Shown piece by piece: positions 1-6,839 of a stretch of 56,558 nucleotides of DNA. Where the stretch lies: IMG/VR virus record IMGVR_UViG_3300045988_053446, positions 1 through 56,558 of that record; one strand, written 5' to 3'. The stretch comes from a virus. The notes beneath the pieces are model-generated. The model was not told the DNA's origin, did no database searches, and saw only the letters and a program-made list of their open reading frames with translations. The position numbers and the translations under genes are program-made. How positions within the stretch are numbered: the first letter of the stretch is position 1; each line of letters begins with the position of its first letter.

Positions 1-55
1 AGAAAATAAGCGGAATACAGGGGTTGTCAACGAAGTTCGATTCTCTCCACCCCTG
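1..55. repeat. 55-nt terminal direct repeat identical to 56504..56558 (circular-genome overlap; also spans the candidate attP core)
   Basis: Exact identity of the first and last 55 nt read from the window. Contains a tRNA T-loop/acceptor-like 3' segment, GTTCGATTCTCTCCACCCCTG. Confidence 0.9.
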
Positions 56-150
56 CTTAGATTTTAAGTTTAAAAAACCTTGTAAAGCCGCATAAACACT
101 GAAAGAAAGGAGATTTTGAACATCGTCAAATTTCTTTCAAAAATCAAGAG

Positions 151-169
151 GTAATCACAGAGGTAATCA
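151..169 (+). promoter_or_regulatory. two direct GTAATCA repeats (151..157, 163..169); candidate integrase arm-type sites (P' arm)
   Basis: AGAGGTAATCA occurs twice in tandem. The same heptamer occurs twice at 56468..56483 on the other side of the core. Confidence 0.4.
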
Positions 170-182
170 AAGAATGTCTATA

Positions 183-208
183 AACGCCGAAAAGGCGTTA
201 TTTTTTTG
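183..208 (+). terminator. intrinsic terminator-like hairpin
   Basis: AACGCC-gaaaa-GGCGTT followed by ATTTTTTT. Confidence 0.6.
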
Positions 209-295
209 CTTTAAAATGGCGGATAACTGTCTAATTTATGGCGGTTAATCCGTCTTTTTTTATGCAAAAATATAGTTGAAAGAGAGGTAATGCGA

Positions 296-448
296 ATGTT
301 TTCTGATGAAGTTAGAGAAAAAATTTTAAGCAAAGAAGAATTACAGAAACTTGATTTGGTGACATTATCTCTTATTATCCACGCAATCGAAGAGGTTTTA
401 GAGGAGGCAGACAATGAACAATCCTTATCAGACACCTATAATGAATAA
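296..448 (+). CDS. small hypothetical protein (50 aa, below the ORF-track cutoff)
   Basis: ATG preceded by AGAGAGG 8 nt upstream. The stop overlaps the next gene. Confidence 0.4.
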   Translation: MFSDEVREKILSKEELQKLDLVTLSLIIHAIEEVLEEADNEQSLSDTYNE

Positions 449-953
449 TTCTTATATGCAATCTCAAAATCCATATATGGATAGAATGAACTTTTTGCAA
501 AATTATCAGCAGAGCTTACAACAGCCAGTGGCAGGAATGCAAATGCCTTTAACAAATCAACAGGCTATGCCGCAACAGCCAGCAGGTATCAACGGAAGAA
601 TTGTGCAGGCGGTTGAAAATATCAATGCTAATGAGGTCCCTATGGACGGCTCGATGGCATTTTTCCCTAAACAAGATATGTCGGAGATATACGTTAAAGG
701 CTGGAATGCTAATGGAACTATTAATACGATTGTGTATAAGCCTTATACAGAGCCTAATAATCAGACAATAAATTCTATGGCTAACGCAGAAAACGCTAAA
801 TTTACCCTATCAGACGAAAGCACAGAGCTGTTTATGAGTAAGTTTGATGAACTATCAGAAAAGATAGGGCAGTTAGAGAATAGATTTGATAAATCTATAG
901 GAGCACAAAGAAAAACTTCACGAACACAGAGCAAAGGCGGTGATGAAGAGTGA
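414..953 (+). CDS. hypothetical protein with a Gln/Asn/Met/Pro-rich N-terminal low-complexity region
   Basis: ORF track. GAGGAGG lies 6 nt upstream of the ATG. The first ~58 aa are dominated by Q, N, M and P. Confidence 0.6.
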   Translation: MNNPYQTPIMNNSYMQSQNPYMDRMNFLQNYQQSLQQPVAGMQMPLTNQQAMPQQPAGINGRIVQAVENINANEVPMDGSMAFFPKQDMSEIYVKGWNANGTINTIVYKPYTEPNNQTINSMANAENAKFTLSDESTELFMSKFDELSEKIGQLENRFDKSIGAQRKTSRTQSKGGDEE

Positions 954-1180
954 ACCCAATTAACATTTTTCGGATGATGAGAGGTGGTCCTCAACAATTT
1001 ATACAGCAGATAATGGGAAACAATCAGCTTATGAGCAACCCAATGATGAAGAATACAATGCAAATGGCACAGCAAGGCAATATGCAAGGCATTGAACAGA
1101 TGGCTAGAAATTTATGTAAGGAAAAAGGACTAAATGCAGATGATGTATTTAATCAGATAAAAAGCAGATTTAATAATTAA
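950..1180 (+). CDS. hypothetical Met/Gln/Asn-rich small protein
   Basis: ORF track. GTG start overlaps the upstream stop. Start position is uncertain. Confidence 0.5.
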   Translation: MNPINIFRMMRGGPQQFIQQIMGNNQLMSNPMMKNTMQMAQQGNMQGIEQMARNLCKEKGLNADDVFNQIKSRFNN

Positions 1181-1250
1181 TAGCATATTAGATGTCTTTG
1201 CAAATTACCTGGGTGACATCTTTATGAATAAATTAATGGAGGTAACTAAT

Positions 1251-2036
1251 ATGTTTAATTCAAATTGTGCCAGCGTACCATTAGTCGCTAATATTGACGG
1301 CAACGGCAATAACGGCGGATGGGCTGATGGTGGATGGCTTTGGATAATCGTTGTATTTGCCTTGCTCTTTGGATGGGGCAATGGCGGATTTGGCGGTTTT
1401 GGTGGCAACAATGGCGGTGGCTATGTTGCAACAGCTGCTACACAGGCTGATATTCAGAGAGGATTTGATAATTCAGCAGTTATCAGCAAGTTAGATGGCA
1501 TTTCTAACGGACTTTGCGATGGATTCTACGCTATGAATAACAGTATGCTCACAGGCTTTAATGGCATAAATACAAACATTATGCAGACAGGCTACGGCAT
1601 CCAGCAGGCTATCAACGCTGATACAGTCGCTAATATGCAGAATACAAACGCTTTACAGTCACAGCTTGCCAACTGCTGCTGCGAGACAAGAGAAGCTATA
1701 CAGGGTGTAAACTACAATATGGCAACCAACACCTGCGCTTTGCAGAACACAATGAACAATAATACAAGAGATATTATTGACAGCCAGAATGCAGGAACGA
1801 GAGCTATTCTTGATTTTCTGACTAATGACAAGATCGCAACATTACAGGCAGAGAACAATGATTTACGCAGAGCTGCTTCACAGGATAGACAGAATGCACT
1901 TCTGACTACCACAATGGCAGCGCAGACAAATCAGATAATCGACGCTGTAAGACCTACGCCAGTACCATCATTCCCAGCAAGCAACCTTTACGGATATGCT
2001 TACGGATGCGGATGCAATACAGGTTGCGGATGCTAA
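1251..2036 (+). CDS. hypothetical membrane protein: Gly/Trp-rich segment around one TM helix, N/Q/T-rich centre, C-terminal GCGCNTGCGC tail
   Basis: ORF track. Internal ATG at 1251 has GGAGGT 7 nt upstream. Composition read from the translation. Confidence 0.6.
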   Translation: MFNSNCASVPLVANIDGNGNNGGWADGGWLWIIVVFALLFGWGNGGFGGFGGNNGGGYVATAATQADIQRGFDNSAVISKLDGISNGLCDGFYAMNNSMLTGFNGINTNIMQTGYGIQQAINADTVANMQNTNALQSQLANCCCETREAIQGVNYNMATNTCALQNTMNNNTRDIIDSQNAGTRAILDFLTNDKIATLQAENNDLRRAASQDRQNALLTTTMAAQTNQIIDAVRPTPVPSFPASNLYGYAYGCGCNTGCGC

Positions 2037-2101
2037 AAAACTGAATAATCAAGTATCTTAATCGAAAGATTATGTCTGCTAAGCAGTATTACTTAAATTT
2101 A

Positions 2102-2134
2102 AAGGGCAGACTTGTATGGTTTGCCCTTATTTTG
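2102..2134 (+). terminator. intrinsic terminator
   Basis: AAGGGCA-13 nt-TGCCCTT followed by ATTTTG. Confidence 0.55.
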
Positions 2135-2153
2135 TGAAAGAGAGGTAAAAATA

Positions 2154-2573
2154 ATGGAAATAACAGGAATTGCATTACAAACAGTTGCCGCTGGCGAAGA
2201 TGTTGCATTTACAGAAACACCAGTTTGCGGTAGTAAGTGTATTGTACACAGACAGGGCAGCGGAATTATCAAGCTAAGAGGTATCACAAATCAATGCAAG
2301 GCACGATTTTTAGTATCGTATAGTGGCAACATTCAGATACCTACAGGTGGCACGGTAGAAGCTATTTCACTTGCCATTGCAGTAGACGGAGAGCCTTTAC
2401 AGTCTACAAGAATGATCGTTACACCAGCCGCAGTCGAAAACTTATTTAACGTATCAGCACAGGCATATGTTGATGTACCTTGCGGCTGTTGCAGTACAGT
2501 AGCGGTGCAGAATACATCTACACAGGCTATTGAGGTACAGAACAGTAATCTAATCGCAGTAAGGGAGGCTTAA
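2154..2573 (+). CDS. hypothetical beta-rich protein, possibly a BclA-C/C1q-like jelly-roll (weak recognition)
   Basis: ATG at 2154 with AGAGAGG upstream. Pattern ...ISLAIAVDGEPL...NLIAVR resembles TNF-like spore-surface domains. Confidence 0.5.
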   Translation: MEITGIALQTVAAGEDVAFTETPVCGSKCIVHRQGSGIIKLRGITNQCKARFLVSYSGNIQIPTGGTVEAISLAIAVDGEPLQSTRMIVTPAAVENLFNVSAQAYVDVPCGCCSTVAVQNTSTQAIEVQNSNLIAVREA

Positions 2574-2575
2574 TT

Positions 2576-3220
2576 ATGCACATTGAAAGAATCCACAAAA
2601 TGATTGAATGTCTTACAGAGAAAGCCTTAGGCGAGCTTGATAAGGGTGTTGAGAATGTCAATACAGAGGAAATGGGCGAAGCTGTCGATATGATTAAGGA
2701 CTTATGTGAAGCAGAGTACAAGGCTGTTATCGTTAAGTCTATGAAGAAAGCTGATGAAGAGGAAGAAGAGTACAACAAAGAGTTGCTTAGAGCCTTAAAA
2801 GACGAATACGGAGAAGAAGGCGGTAGAAGATACTATGATGAATACAGATACAAGACTACCGGTAGATACGCCCCCAAAGGCAAAGGTACTTATGTAGGCA
2901 GAAGAGGATACGAAGAACCGCCTTATTACCATATGTACCCGGATAGAGATATGGATAGAGAGTATGGCAGAATGTACTATACAGAGCCTACAAGTACACA
3001 TACCGCTGAAAGTGGCTACGACAGGGCAAAGAGAATGTACACAGAAACTAAGGAAATGCACAAAGCTAATACACCAGAGGACAAGGAACATAAGATGAAG
3101 TCTCTTGACAGCTACACTAAAGAACTCGCAAGCGACATTACAGGTATGGTTGCCGATATGTCAGCAGAAGAGAAAAACTTACTTAGAACAAAGTTAAGCA
3201 CTCTTGTATCTAAGATTTGA
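2576..3220 (+). CDS. hypothetical highly charged Tyr/Arg/Glu-rich protein
   Basis: ORF track. GGGAGG RBS. Contains the segment RRYYDEYRYK...GRRGYEEPPYYHMYPDRDMDREYGRMYY. Confidence 0.6.
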   Translation: MHIERIHKMIECLTEKALGELDKGVENVNTEEMGEAVDMIKDLCEAEYKAVIVKSMKKADEEEEEYNKELLRALKDEYGEEGGRRYYDEYRYKTTGRYAPKGKGTYVGRRGYEEPPYYHMYPDRDMDREYGRMYYTEPTSTHTAESGYDRAKRMYTETKEMHKANTPEDKEHKMKSLDSYTKELASDITGMVADMSAEEKNLLRTKLSTLVSKI

Positions 3221-3226
3221 TTTTAA

Positions 3227-3262
3227 AGGCTATGAGTAGCAATATTCATAGCCTGTTTTATT
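3227..3262 (+). terminator. intrinsic terminator
   Basis: AGGCTATGA-10 nt-TCATAGCCT followed by GTTTTATT. Confidence 0.65.
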
Positions 3263-3279
3263 GAGAAAGGGGCATACAG

Positions 3280-3600
3280 ATGATTTTTAACATTAATGGT
3301 ACAATTTGGCACATACAATATAAAAATTCAAATTCAAGTGAATTAAGGCGGTCAGACAACACAATTAGCTTAGGTGTAACTGACAGAAACACGCATACAA
3401 TATATCTGTCAGACAAACTACAGGGATTTATGCAACGCAAAGTTCTGATACACGAAATTTGCCACGCCGTCTGTATGTCTTATGATGTGTATTTACCGAT
3501 TGAGCAGGAAGAAATATTGTGCGATTTTGTAGCAACTTACGGAGATGAAATATTTGATATTGTTGATATGGTACTTGGAGCAGTTAGGAGAGTAGTATGA
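3280..3600 (+). CDS. small HExxH zinc-metallopeptidase-like protein (ImmA/IrrE-like size class)
   Basis: Motif LIHEICHAV in the translation. RBS AAAGGGG. Confidence 0.5.
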   Translation: MIFNINGTIWHIQYKNSNSSELRRSDNTISLGVTDRNTHTIYLSDKLQGFMQRKVLIHEICHAVCMSYDVYLPIEQEEILCDFVATYGDEIFDIVDMVLGAVRRVV

Positions 3601-3746
3601 TGAGCGTTGACGAACTGTTAAAGATAATTCAGAAAACTAATCCAGATATGACTAAGGAACTGCTAATATATGAACTTACTCAATGCCGATATTCGAGTAA
3701 AGCATTGATTTATACAGAAGAATGTTGTCAAAAAATTTCGAGGTAA
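3597..3746 (+). CDS. small hypothetical protein (49 aa)
   Basis: ATGATG start overlaps the upstream TGA. AGGAG lies 6 nt upstream. Confidence 0.4.
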   Translation: MMSVDELLKIIQKTNPDMTKELLIYELTQCRYSSKALIYTEECCQKISR

Positions 3747-3794
3747 CGCATTCAATACGCCCCCAGGTATGGCATTTTATATTCGCAATTTCGA

Positions 3795-4075
3795 TTTTGA
3801 CAATTTTCAAAATTTGGTCCAGATTTCGTTCAAATCCTACTCTAAAAAACGAAAAAAATTTTCCCACAAATTTTATTGCTAAAAATTTTGATACCCCCGT
3901 CATATGCAATTTTGAAATCCAAAAATCGGTTACACAGAATTTCAATTTTTGCTCCCGATTTCGTTCAGATTTGCCTTGAAAAATTGATGAAAAACTTTAA
4001 CAGATTAAAGTTTATTATATAAACTTGACAGGCTGTGGTTCGCGTTTATTTTGACTTTGTAACTTTGTGATTTGA
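3795..4075. repeat. AT-rich non-coding region with dispersed short repeats
   Basis: GATTTCGTTCA at 3822 and 3957. Five (T)TTGAC(A)-type boxes. AACTTTGT occurs twice in tandem near 4056. Confidence 0.5.
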
Positions 4076-4322
4076 CCTGTACGGCGGTTTTATTGCGTTG
4101 ATGTAGATTTATAAGCCTACAAAGCAAAACAGCCTTAAAACGCTTTTAAATGTGTTGTGCAAAATGGGTATAATATGCTCTTGCAAGTCGTGGAAGCTGT
4201 CGCCAGTTCTGGAGAATCCACCAGAACGCACACCGCCCCGGTTGGGTACACTTGTACACCTAAAAAGGCGCAAAAGCCTTATACATAAGCATAGCATTAT
4301 TATATTAATTTTTCAAGGTACG

Positions 4323-4352
4323 CAAAGAAAAGCATATAAAAATATATGCTTA
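4323..4352 (-). terminator. intrinsic terminator of the minus-strand operon
   Basis: AAGCATATA-aaaa-TATATGCTT with a T-run on the minus strand. Confidence 0.6.
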
Positions 4353-4354
4353 AT

Positions 4355-4378
4355 GCTTGCGGCTGGAATCGAACCCCG
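4355..4378 (-). other. relic tRNA 3'-end fragment (T-loop plus acceptor 3' strand), not a full tRNA
   Basis: Minus strand reads GGGGTTCGATTCCAGCCGCAAGCA. No matching 5' T-stem, D-arm or anticodon arm. Confidence 0.45.
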
Positions 4379-4394
4379 GAAAAGCCGGCCTTGC

Positions 4395-4832
4395 CTAAAT
4401 TGCTTTATCTCTGCTAATTTCTGCTGCTATAATTTGTTGTTCTAAAAAATATCTTAAACCACCATCGCCGAAACGCTTTATATAGTATTCTGCAAGCTCC
4501 GCAGTCGCGAACCCATCGAGGACGCAACCAACATCGCTATATATGCCGCGGTAAGTGTTTTCCCTCGTCTTAATAGCTTCATCAATCGGATTTGTTAGCT
4601 CTTTTCGTTCAACGGCAAATTCTCTTGCTGCTGTTGTTTTTCGTTCTCTAACAATTCCATCTTGTAAACTCTTACAAGATATTGCATAACTCTTTCCTGT
4701 CTTGCTCGGCTGAATACTTACAACCTCGCTTTTACTCCCATAATTCCAGACGAGTATATCCCCAATCTTTAAATCTTTTGCGGCTACGCCGTCAAACCTT
4801 TGACTTATTCCCTGTAATTTAATTTTTGCCAT
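4395..4832 (-). CDS. hypothetical protein (145 aa from the second ATG)
   Basis: ORF track 4395..4844. The ATG at 4832 has a better-spaced AAAGGA RBS. Confidence 0.6.
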   Translation of the reverse strand: MAKIKLQGISQRFDGVAAKDLKIGDILVWNYGSKSEVVSIQPSKTGKSYAISCKSLQDGIVRERKTTAAREFAVERKELTNPIDEAIKTRENTYRGIYSDVGCVLDGFATAELAEYYIKRFGDGGLRYFLEQQIIAAEISRDKAI

Positions 4833-4856
4833 AAAATTAACCATCCTTTCATTGTG

Positions 4857-4918
4857 TGCCCTGTCTCATCGGTGCAGGTGGGGCAGTTCCTGCAGACCGC
4901 CGCGCGGGCGGTTTCGAC
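4857..4918 (-). ncRNA. hammerhead-like self-cleaving ribozyme candidate HH-B (type II topology)
   Basis: GUC-GAA-ACCGCC/GGCGGU-C^-UGCAGG/CCUGCA-CCGAUGA-GAC. Loop I UGCCC is complementary to tail GGGCA. Position U4 is a C. Confidence 0.5.
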
Positions 4919-5073
4919 TATTGCAAATTTTCAAGAATCATTTCTATTGCGTATTCTCTTGAGCATTTTTCGACTCCGTCCCATCTGTTTGCCTCTATCA
5001 TTTTATTTGCTTCTGTGATAGCTTCATTTTTGCCGTAACCGCAAGAAATAAGCCAATTCACGATTTTTTCCAT
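4918..5073 (-). CDS. small hypothetical protein (51 aa) bracketed by the two ribozyme candidates
   Basis: ATG preceded by AAAGGGAAAA. Below the ORF-track cutoff. Translated by hand as MEKIVNWLISCGYGKNEAITEANKMIEANRWDGVEKCSREYAIEMILENLQ. Confidence 0.5.
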   Translation of the reverse strand: MEKIVNWLISCGYGKNEAITEANKMIEANRWDGVEKCSREYAIEMILENLQ

Positions 5074-5089
5074 AATATTTTCCCTTTCT

Positions 5090-5155
5090 GGTCTGCCATC
5101 ATCAGAGCCGCGGCGACCGTCCCGCGGCTGACGCTCCGGTGTGGAGCGTTTCGAC
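5090..5155 (-). ncRNA. hammerhead-like self-cleaving ribozyme candidate HH-A (type II topology)
   Basis: GUC-GAA-ACGCUCC/GGAGCGU-C^-AGCCGCGG/CCGCGGCU-CUGAUGA. Loop I GGUC is complementary to tail GACC. The 10.1/11.1 pair is not canonical. Confidence 0.5.
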
Positions 5156-5496
5156 TAAAATTTACAAGGCTTTTCATAGCGGATGACCGCTACCGTCTCG
5201 CCCGTGCTTGCAAGTGTTCCCCAGCCGTTCCACACAGGACCATTCAAGCCCAATAACTTAGGCTGGTTATATAGTTCTTCTCTCTGGCTTTCTGCAAGTC
5301 TGCCGTTATTATAGCCATAAACAAGGCTTTCAAACTCTGCTGCTGTCTTGATTTCCATTGGTAAATCGTAAACGCATTTTGCGCCGCTTTCTAATGTTCC
5401 TATAATCATAATCTTGTACCGTTTCGCCGAATATGATATAATCGGCTTACCTTTCTTTTTGATTGGTGGCGGTTGTGTGTCTTGGCAGGATTGCAA
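5155..5496 (-). CDS. hypothetical protein; start uncertain (TTG at 5496 or ATG at 5409)
   Basis: ORF track. No clean RBS for either start. Confidence 0.5.
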   Translation of the reverse strand: MQSCQDTQPPPIKKKGKPIISYSAKRYKIMIIGTLESGAKCVYDLPMEIKTAAEFESLVYGYNNGRLAESQREELYNQPKLLGLNGPVWNGWGTLASTGETVAVIRYEKPCKF

Positions 5497-5520
5497 CCGC
5501 CTTATTTATTTTGTAGCTTA

Positions 5521-5549
5521 ATAATAACACCTTATATGGTGTATGTCAA
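5521..5549 (-). promoter_or_regulatory. sigma-70-type promoter for the minus operon
   Basis: TTGACA-17-TATTAT on the minus strand. The spacer holds the near-palindrome AACACC-N6-GGTGT. Confidence 0.55.
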
Positions 5550-5586
5550 CACCTTTTAAGATGTTTTTTGATTTTGTTTTTAAGTG

Positions 5587-5615
5587 TTGCAAAACTGCAA
5601 TATTTTATATATAAT
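5587..5615 (+). promoter_or_regulatory. sigma-70-type promoter for the HTH gene
   Basis: TTGCAA-17-TATAAT. GTGTTG abuts the -35 box. Confidence 0.6.
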
Positions 5616-5646
5616 AGAAAAAACAAAACAGAAAGGAGCTTGCGAA

Positions 5647-5874
5647 ATGCTTACATATAAAATAGATGTATTAAAAGAGCTGGCGCAGCGTGGCTACACT
5701 GCTAACAGAATGAGAAAAGAGAAGATATTGAGTGAAAGCACGATGCAGAATTTGAGGAATAAAAGCGATATTAATACAAAGACATTAAATACATTATGTA
5801 TTATTTTAAGATGTCAGCCAAGCGATATAATAGAGATAGTACCAACAGACGACGAAAAGATAAAATATTTTTAA
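5647..5874 (+). CDS. XRE/Cro-type helix-turn-helix regulator (75 aa)
   Basis: GAAAGGAG RBS. HTH-like segment ...SESTMQNLRNKSDINTKTLNTLCIILRCQPSDIIE. Confidence 0.7.
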   Translation: MLTYKIDVLKELAQRGYTANRMRKEKILSESTMQNLRNKSDINTKTLNTLCIILRCQPSDIIEIVPTDDEKIKYF

Positions 5875-5876
5875 AT

Positions 5877-5921
5877 AACACTAAAAATAGTGTTGACAAT
5901 ATAATGCTATCGGTATATAAT
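5877..5921 (+). promoter_or_regulatory. consensus promoter with a perfect palindromic operator overlapping the -35 box
   Basis: TTGACA-17-TATAAT. Operator is AACACT-N6-AGTGTT at 5877..5894. Confidence 0.65.
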
Positions 5922-5970
5922 CAAGGTACATTAAAAGAAAGGGCAGCGGAAACGCTGGAAGGTGGAAAGG

Positions 5971-6165
5971 ATGAAAACAATCGAATTATTAAACAAGGCT
6001 GTTGAGCTTGGATTTAGCAGAGAAAAGGCGCTTGCAGACATAGACGCAAATCTTGATGAAGTGATTGGAGCAGAAAACAGAAAGCCAATCGCAGAAGAGG
6101 AAATAAGCGAAGAGCTGGCGAATGATATTTTATTCGGGTTTGAATGTGAAAAAGAAAACAATTAA
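5971..6165 (+). CDS. hypothetical acidic protein
   Basis: ATG at 5971 with GGAAGGTGGAAAGG upstream. Confidence 0.55.
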   Translation: MKTIELLNKAVELGFSREKALADIDANLDEVIGAENRKPIAEEEISEELANDILFGFECEKENN

Positions 6166-6186
6166 GAAAGGTTAAAAGGTGACAAT

Positions 6187-6528
6187 ATGAGATATTTAAC
6201 AGTTAAAAGAAACAAGAGCGGGGAGCCTAATAAAACGGATATGAAGAGCCTTGCAAAGTTCTTTACGAGTGAAAACGTGGGAAAATATGCAGACTATGAC
6301 AGTTATTTATTCGCAGTGGAAGAAACAAGGAACGCCAGCAAGGAATTTGTTGGGTATACGTTTAAAATAGCAACAAAGGCGGAGAAATCCGGCGGATGTG
6401 ATTATTATTTTGGAGAAGTTCTTGATACTGGGGATAAAGTTGTTATATCTACGGAAAACGGATACGAAAATTTGGCACAGGCTTACAATAAAGCCTTAGA
6501 GATAATCAAGAAAGAGTTTCAAAATTGA
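6187..6528 (+). CDS. hypothetical protein
   Basis: ORF track. RBS AAAGGTGA. Confidence 0.6.
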   Translation: MRYLTVKRNKSGEPNKTDMKSLAKFFTSENVGKYADYDSYLFAVEETRNASKEFVGYTFKIATKAEKSGGCDYYFGEVLDTGDKVVISTENGYENLAQAYNKALEIIKKEFQN

Positions 6529-6540
6529 ATAGATAAAATT

Positions 6541-6570
6541 AAAAGGGGAGCGTTAAGTTCCCCTTTTTTT
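6541..6570 (+). terminator. intrinsic terminator
   Basis: GGGGA-9 nt-TCCCC followed by TTTTTTT. Confidence 0.7.
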
Positions 6571-6839
6571 GCACGCCTTGCGTTGCGGTTTAAAAAATAC
6601 AAAAACGTATATTTCAATACATCCGATGTTATTGTTTATGCTTAACATAATAAACAGATTTTAACATTATGTCAAGCTTAAAATTAAAATTGACTTTATA
6701 ATATATTTATGCTATATTATTTTAATAATTAAATATATAAGATTTACGCCCGATAATTATATAATAGTTATTGGGTTATTTTTATGTTATTAGTATATAT
6801 TATAACAAGCTGGATAAGCTCTGGCAGAAGGGGGAACGA

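Noticed and set aside
1-60. A complete tRNA gene at the junction
   Set aside because: Only the T-loop, 3' T-stem and acceptor 3' strand are present. The 5' T-stem does not pair (CGAAG versus CTCTC), and there is no D-arm or anticodon arm.
108-160. AAAGGAG near 108 as the RBS of a small gene in the att region
   Set aside because: The only nearby start (TTG at 116) is 3 nt from the SD and gives a 12-codon ORF.
3676-4445. Track ORFs 3676..3945 (-), 3722..3979 (+), 4109..4297 (-) and 4152..4445 (+)
   Set aside because: They overlap one another, have no RBS, give low-complexity or odd translations, and overlap repeats, a terminator and the tRNA-end relic.
5074-5100. Alternative hammerhead register in HH-A, using CUGAUGA-UGG-CAGA-CCA-GAAA as core, stem II and GAAA
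   Set aside because: The required stem III pairing with the nucleotides before the cleavage site fails (G opposite G at 15.2/16.2). The GAAAGGG here is better explained as the RBS of the 51-aa ORF.
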